Assembly: GCA_964019335.1 (NCBI GenBank)
Contig: OZ025664.1
Span: 558,001 to 622,000, forward strand
DNA from: Diplonema japonicum
Taxonomy: Eukaryota; Protista; Euglenozoa: Diplonemea
Direction: 5' to 3'
DNA length: 64,000 nt
Part shown: positions 57,158 through 64,000 of the stretch, in pieces
Position numbering within the stretch: the first letter of the stretch is position 1
Layout: each line of letters starts with the position of its first letter
The notes under the pieces: model-generated
Told to the model about the DNA's origin: nothing
What the model saw: the letters and a program-made list of their open reading frames with translations, nothing else
The model's database searches: none
Translations under genes and position numbers: made by a program

Positions 57158-57600
57158 TTTTTTTTTCATATAAGAGGGAAAACGAAGGGGAAAAAAAAAG
57201 AAAACAGATGGAAGAAAGAAAAGAAAAAAAAAAAGGAAGAATAAAAAAAAAAGAAAAAAAAGTGTCCCTCTGTAATTTTCTTTCGTATAACTCGATACAG
57301 TAAAAAAAAAAAAAAAAAAAAGCGGTGAAGAAAAAAAAAAAAGAGGGAAAAAAACAAAACAAAAAAAAGCCTGCCCTCCCCCCCTCTTTTTTTTTTCCAA
57401 ACTCTTGGTTTTCACTCTCTTTTTTTTTTTTTTTTTCAAGGAAAAAAAAAAATGTTGATTGGGGAATCAAACCCCCCCTTGATCGACGAGGAAAAAAAAA
57501 AAAAAATCTTTTTTTTAAATATTTCTAATATCTTTTTTTTCACAACGACACAAAAAAAAAAAAAGAAAAAATACAAACTCAAAGGGGGAGGGGAGGAGGG

Positions 57601-60600
57601 ATGGCGGAGCAAGGCACGGAAGGGCCGTCCATAAGGCGCCTTATGATCACAAACATGCAACTGGAGAACTTCAAGTCGTACGCCGGTGTGCAAAAAATAG
57701 GCCCGTTCCACAAGAAGTTCAGCGCGATAGTGGGCCCCAACGGAAGCGGAAAGAGCAACGTGATCGACGCCATGCTCTTCGTCTTCGGGAAGAAGGCGAA
57801 GCAGATCCGACTCGACAAAATCGCTTCCCTCATCCACAAGAGCGACGCCCACCCTAACCTCCGAGAAGGCAAGGTCACTGTCTACTTCCAGGAAATCATC
57901 GACTACGAAACATCAGAAGACGCTTATGAACCTGTCCTTGGAACCGAGCTCAGCGTTTCCCGTTCTTGCAATTCCGACGGCCAGTCTCACTACTACATCA
58001 ACAACACCAAGTCCACCTACGCCAAGGTGACAACTCTTCTCAAAGAGAAGGGCATCGACCTTGACCACAACAGGTTCTTAATCCTTCAAGGCGAGGTGGA
58101 ACAGATCTCCCTCATGAAGCCCAAGGCCGCCAACGAACACGAAGACGGGCTTCTTGAATACATTGAAGACATCATCGGCACGCAGCACTACAAACCCAAG
58201 ATCGAGGAAGGCACCACTGTTATTGAAGAACTCACAGAGCAGCGTGAAACGCACCTTAACCGTGTGGTGAGTGCAGAGAAGGACCGCGAGGCACTCGACG
58301 GTGCCAAGCGCGAAGCAGAGGAGTTCCTTCGCCTTGAAGTAAAACTCAGCAAACAGCGCGCCATCTTCATCCAAATGAAGCTCGCAACACTGTCCTCCGA
58401 ACTCGCAGCCAAGCAAAAGGGCGTTGACGCTCTCGAGAAGAAACTCGAACTGGAATGCTGCAAAACCAAAGACGCCAAAGACGAGCTCCTTCAGATGGAA
58501 GAAGAGGCGAAGACCGAAAGAAAGCAGTGCGACAAAATGATGAAAGAGTACGAGAAGCTCCAAGCGGAGTACAGGAAGCTGGACACGAACTCCGCTGAGA
58601 ACACAACAAACAGGAACCACGCACAGCAGTCGTATAACAGGCTGAAATCTGTTCATACGAAGACAGTGGCGGAGGTCACAAAAACCGAGGAGCAGATCAA
58701 AGCGTCGGAAAAAGAAGTGAATAAAGGCCAGAAGGAGCTAGACACGCTCCGCACGTCAATCGAAAAGGACACTGTGGAAATCGATGCGAAGACGGAAGGT
58801 TTGCAGCAGAAGCTAAAACCTCTTCGGGAACGGTACGAGCGCATGCAGAAGGAGATCCTCCCCTTTAACGAAGAGGTGTCCAAAGCTGAAGAGAAACTAA
58901 AGCTCACCGAGAACGAGCGTGGGATGGCAAAGCAGGGCGACACGGACCTGAAGACAAGGCTGGAAGTAGAGCAGCGGAGAAAGGCAAACACGGGAAGCAA
59001 GATCAGAACGCTGGAGGAAACTCTTGTGAAGGACAAAAAAGAACTGAAATCCCGCAAGGAACAGCTGGACATCGACCAGAAGAAGCTAGGCAAGGCGGAA
59101 CAAACACTTCCCATTGTGAAGCAGAAGGAGCAGGATCTCCTGAGTCAAGTTGAAACCAGGAAGAGGCAAATCCAAGACGCGGGCAGCGAGAATGCTGTCG
59201 TGAAGGCACTGAAGCGTCTGAAGCAACAAGGCGGCCTTGACGGGTACTACGGCCGCCTGGGTGACCTCGGCACCATAGATGACAAGTACAGTGTGGCCGT
59301 GAGTACTGGTGCAGGAGGTAATTTAAACTGTCTTGTCGTGGATAAGGAGAGCACCGCCAAGAAGATTCTGTCGTACCTGAAGGACAACGCGATCGGAAGG
59401 GCTGCCGTCCTGCTGCTCGACCACCAGCAGCAGCAGTACGGCAAGAAGATCAACGACGAGTTCACTGCACCTGGTGGCCTCAGCAGGCTGTTTGACCTCA
59501 TCACGCCCTGCCACGACAGGTTCGCCCCTGCCTTCTTCCACGCGGTGAGGAACACACTGGTGGCAAAGAACATCGAAGAAGCAACTGAAATAGCCTACAA
59601 CAGGAAGAATAACAACCCGCGTATCGTGACTCTTAACGGGGAGCTCATCGAGCCCACCGGTACCATGACTGGTGGTGGGCATGCTCCGCAGTCTGGTGCT
59701 GGGATGAGGTCGTACCAGATCAGCGCAGAGCTCAAAGAAGATCTCCTTAAACAACAGGAAGGCCAGCAGCAGCAGCTTGAGCAGGCGCACACTGACGCAA
59801 GGATGTTGACGCAAACAATCTACGCGCTGAAGGACAAGGTACAGCTGAGCACCAGTAAGGTTAAAGAGATGGAGAGTATCGTCAGATCGCGTGAAGCAGA
59901 GCTGAAGCACACGAAGGAGGAGATCGAGGCTATCGACAAGGCGCTGGAGGACATCGACGGCGAGGTGGACGCAGCCAACGCAACTAACAAGAAGGAAGCC
60001 TCGAGACTGAAGAAGCTCGACGACGAAGTGAAGAAAGCGACAGAGATGCTGGAGAAGGCACGCTTCGAGAGAAAGAATCTGCAAGATTCGATTGCGCTGC
60101 TGCAGGCCGAGATGGACGAAATGGGCGGGAAAAGCTACACGAAGCTGAAAAACACGCTGAAGGCGAACAAGGAAAGGGTCGCTGTTCTGGAGAAAAAAGT
60201 GAGCGAAGCAGAGGCCACATCCCTCGCATGCAAGAAGCACCTAGACGGGAGGAGGAAGAAGGTGTCGACCGCGGAAAAAGACCTACAAAAGGCAAAGGAG
60301 ACACTGGAGAAGCTGGAAGGCGACGATGATGAGGACGACGACAAGCTGACGCAGTCGAAGAGCAGTGTGAAGGCTGTTAAGAAGGAGATCGATGCGGCGA
60401 AAAAGAAGGTCGAAAATCTCGATAAGAAGCGGGAACAGCGAAAAGACACACTGAACAAAAGCAAGGCAGCAGAGGTTAAGATACAGCACGAGTACAAAGC
60501 AGCCGAAGGTGAGCTGAAGGCAGTCAGCGCACAGCAAACAAAGCTCAGCGACACACTCGAGAACATCAACAAGGCGATCCGAAAAAGCATCGTAGAGTAT

Positions 60601-61644
60601 GGGATCGGCATCCTGGACCCTTCAGAGGTGGAGGACCCTACCACCTTCGAGCCTGAAAGGTACACCGTCATCATCGAGGAAGGGGAACTTGAGCAGTTCG
60701 ACGCCACCAACGTGAAACGAGCGATCCAGAGATTGGAAGAAACACAGAAAAAGCTGAAACCGAATGTGAAAGCACTCTCAGAATGGCAGGAAAAAGACAA
60801 AATATTTTCAAAGAGGCAGGAGGAGTTCAAAGCGGTAAGCGATAAGAGGACAGAGGCGCAAAGCAAGGTAGAGATGCTGCGCAAAGCAAGGCACGACGAG
60901 TTCATGGCTGGGTTCAGAGGGATCACATTCAAGCTGAAGGAAATGTATCAAATGTTGACGCTTGGCGGCGATGCAGAATTGGAGCTGGTGGACACCTTCG
61001 ACCCCTTCACAGAGGGGCTGCAGTTCAGCGTGCGGCCGCCGAAGAAATCGTGGAAGCACATCTCGAACCTATCGGGTGGTGAGAAAACCCTCTCTTCCCT
61101 TGCGCTTGTCTTCGCCCTCCACCACTTCAAGCCCACCCCAGTTTACGTCATGGACGAGATAGACGCAGCACTTGACTTCAAAAACGTGGTATGAGAATAC
61201 GAAGAAAAAAGCTCTAAATTAACCCAGTCTATCGTGGCGAATTACGTGAAGTCTGCTGCCAGCAATGCGCAGTTCATCATCATCAGTCTAAGGAACAATA
61301 TGTTTGAACTTGCCAACAGGCTCATCGGAATCTGCAAGACTGAGAATTGCACCAAAAGGTATATCATACAAAGATGAGGAGGGGGGGGGGGGGGGGGGGG
61401 GAAACTTTTTTTTTGCAGTGCCGCAATTAACCCAGCGAGTTTCGCAGGCCTTCTCCCATCCACTCCTGCACAAGAAAACACCACGTCTAGACCTGTTATT
61501 GGGTATGCTTCATGGGAGACCTTAAGACAAGAAGAATAAATTTTAAAAAGGGTAAAGAGACGAGCGGAACCAGCAGTTGCGAGCCCTGCAAAAAAACGAG
61601 CTGTGAGCCCTGAGATCCATGAAGAGCTGACTCTAGAAGAGTGA
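57601..61644 (+). CDS. SMC4: Condensin subunit SMC4 (exons 57601-61188, 61228-61358, 61419-61502, 61551-61644)
   Basis: NFKSYAG..IGPFHK.FSAIVGPNGSGKSNVIDAMLFVFG, LDHNRFLILQGEVEQI, hinge GRLGDLG, LSGGEKTLSSLAL, MDEIDAALDFKNVSIV, AQFIIISLRNNMFE. Confidence 0.97.
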
Positions 61645-61768
61645 TGATGTGCCTTTCCATTTCTTTTTTTTTTTTTTTTATTTGACAAGTTTTATTTAGA
61701 TTTTTTATTTAGATGACTATTAGTAGAGTACTCACATACTTCCAAAACACTTTCTTTTTTTACTACTG

Positions 61769-61825
<57 letters not shown>

Positions 61826-62110
61826 GCATGCACTGGTCGTTACCAGTGGGCCGTGTTCTCTCTTATAGATGGAAGAAGAGAAAGAGGGAAAGAAAAGGAA
61901 AACAAACAAAGAAAGGAAAAAAAAGAAAAAAAAACCCTTCCCTTTCCTCTACTCTCCCCATTTTTCTCTTCATTGTGGATGATCTTTCTTTTTTTTCTTC
62001 TTTCCCATAATAGCTTTCGACCAATTCAAAAAAAAAAAAAAAAAGAAAGAAAAAAAAAAACACTCTTTAGTAGAACTCAGGATTGAACCTGTACTGATGT
62101 ACAGTTAGAA

Positions 62111-64000
62111 ATGGCAAGAGGAGTCCGGCCTGTTTATGGGGGTATCAAATGGCTGAGGAGGATGAAGAGGCTAATGCAGGGGAAGGGATCCTTGATGCTA
62201 GTGGGGTTGGTCTTAGCGTTTCTGTTTAAAGCAGCTGAAGCGAATACTGCAGATTACCTAGCAGCTGATGAGGCTACGGCCAACAGGATGGGCTACAAGA
62301 GAATCATCACAACGGGCAATAATGGGGACTTCGTGGTAGAGTTCTATCACAACAACGGGTCGGACTACTGCGACTCCTTCATCCTCGTTCCCGCAGAAGG
62401 GATTTGGCACGTTGCGTTGAGGGGGTTTCTGTACCTCATGGCGCTTCTTTATACGTTTCTAGGGATTGCCATTGTGTCTGATATATTCATGGCGAGCATC
62501 GAGAGGATCACTGCTGCGCGCACTGAGGTGAAGATCAACGCGGACGGCACACGCCACGTCGTCACTGTCGTCGTGTGGAACGAAACCGTTGCCAACCTCA
62601 CTCTCATGGCACTTGGCAGCTCCGCTCCCGAGATCCTCATATCAGTCGTGGAAACAGTCCAAACCCTGGGAGGCGAACCTGGAGAACTCGGGCCCTCGAC
62701 CATCGTCGGCTCCGCCGCTTTCAATCTATTCGTCATCACTGGCGTCTGCGTCTACTTCGCCGAAGAAACTCCCAAAAAGGTCAAAGAGGTCGGTGTCTTC
62801 TGCGTCACCTCCTTCTCCTCTATCTTCGCCTACCTCTGGCTCATTTTCACTCTTCAGATTTGGACGCCTGACGAAGTCACCATCCCGGAAGCCGTCATGA
62901 CGCTGCTGTTCTTCCCTTTACTGGTCGGCGTTGCATGGTGCCAGGATAGGGGCTGGTTTCGATCCGACGGGACTACACAAGTAGAACAGAAGGTTGTCAG
63001 CGCAGAGATCAACGCCGGACAGGTATGCCTGCAATACACATTCACAGCAACACAAACAGATGGACAGGGAGCGCATACAAGAACTGTGGAAAACTTTGAA
63101 GAGCGAGAGGATTGACAACATGGACGCAGAGGTGTGCTATCTTTTCTTTGAATGAACGTTTACAGGGCGAGCACGAACAGCTTCTTGAAAAAGCAAAAGC
63201 TGTGGAAAGATCAAGAGCCGGGGCAGGGTTGCATGCGGCACACTGGAGCCGTGCTGCATACAGGATGAACGCAGTGCGTGTGGTATGCAACCAACTATTT
63301 CACAACACGACTGTGCACAGCTTGCGAAGAAGCCGTGCTTCATCGACAAGAAGCCCCATGGTGACCGCAGAGACTCTCAAGGAAAGGACCAGAAACAAAA
63401 AGAGAACACGAGGGAAGATGTCCCGATGAAGAAGAAGATGTCAATCCCAGGAAGGTCTGCGCAGTGTGACAAGGGCATCATCGAGTGGTCGTCGGCAACG
63501 TACTCTGTCGTGGAGAATGAGGGCACCGTGAAGCTCAGCATCCTGAGGCGCACTGGCTCAGACGACACAGTCACAGTGCGATATCACACAAAGCAAGGAA
63601 CAGCGCTTCCCCTCTTAAAGTACGAAGAGTCAGACGGGGTTATCGTGTTCGAGCCGTGCGAGGTGCGGAAGGACATCTACATCAAGATCATCGACGACAA
63701 GCAGTATCAAGAGAACCAATACTTCTTTGTGATCTTGGACCACGTGAGCGGGGGCGCCATGCTGGGCGACAAGAGGATGACAGAGGTGACCATCATCGAC
63801 GACGACCAACCAGGGCAGTTGGAGTTCCTGAAGTCTCACATCACTTTTCATGAAACAGTTGGCCCTGCCATCGTGCCGATCGTGAGAAGAAACGGTGGAG
63901 ACGGGAAGGTGGCCATTAAGATCAAAGCAGTGGACGCTTCGGCAGTTCTGGACAAGGACTATGTGTTCGAGGAACAGATCATCGAACTAGACCAGGACGA
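62111..64000 (+). CDS. NCX: Na+/Ca2+ exchanger (NCX family) with Calx-beta domains, 3'-truncated (introns 63023-63059, 63132-63165, 63283-63320)
   Basis: alpha-1 repeat WNETVANLTLMALGSSAPEI, GPSTIVGSAAFNL, SRAAYRMNA and downstream Calx-beta-like segments ending in IIDD. Confidence 0.93.

Noticed and set aside
57114-57330. T-run followed by A-run arrangements able to form long hairpins (also 24150-24315)
   Set aside because: Expected by chance in homopolymer-rich spacers, and run lengths may be sequencing-error-prone.

Overview
Eukaryotic genomic DNA, most consistent with a euglenozoan and probably a diplonemid. About 30 protein genes all lie head-to-tail on the + strand (polycistron-like). 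Supporting signals are short MLRR/MLAR-type mitochondrial presequences, a calpain-like protein with a DUF1935-type domain, and 27 tiny GT-AG cis-introns (33-95 nt) that I reconstructed by hand. Intergenic DNA is dominated by A, T, C and G homopolymers. Recognisable genes: fused beta-alpha Co-type nitrile hydratase, ProA-like protein, two near-identical secreted AA10 LPMO-CBM1 genes 42 kb apart, TFIIH p34/Tfb4, Sec24, V-ATPase subunit d, a cyclic-nucleotide-gated K+ channel, mitoribosomal uL13, pentafunctional AROM, cyclophilin-like, calpain-like, GSAP-like, PDI-like, SMC4 and an NCX Na+/Ca2+ exchanger. Non-coding finds are a TA-flanked Tc1/mariner-like MITE, a 152-bp palindromic element and a probable poly(A)-tailed, TSD-flanked micro-insertion. 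An 82-aa three-exon gene is missed by the ORF track. The most unusual signals are the bacterial-type chitin LPMO fused to a eukaryotic CBM1 and recently duplicated, and the intron system (3'-biased, mostly phase 0, A-rich or poly(A) interiors without pyrimidine tracts). All family assignments are from motif recognition by eye; no searches were run.
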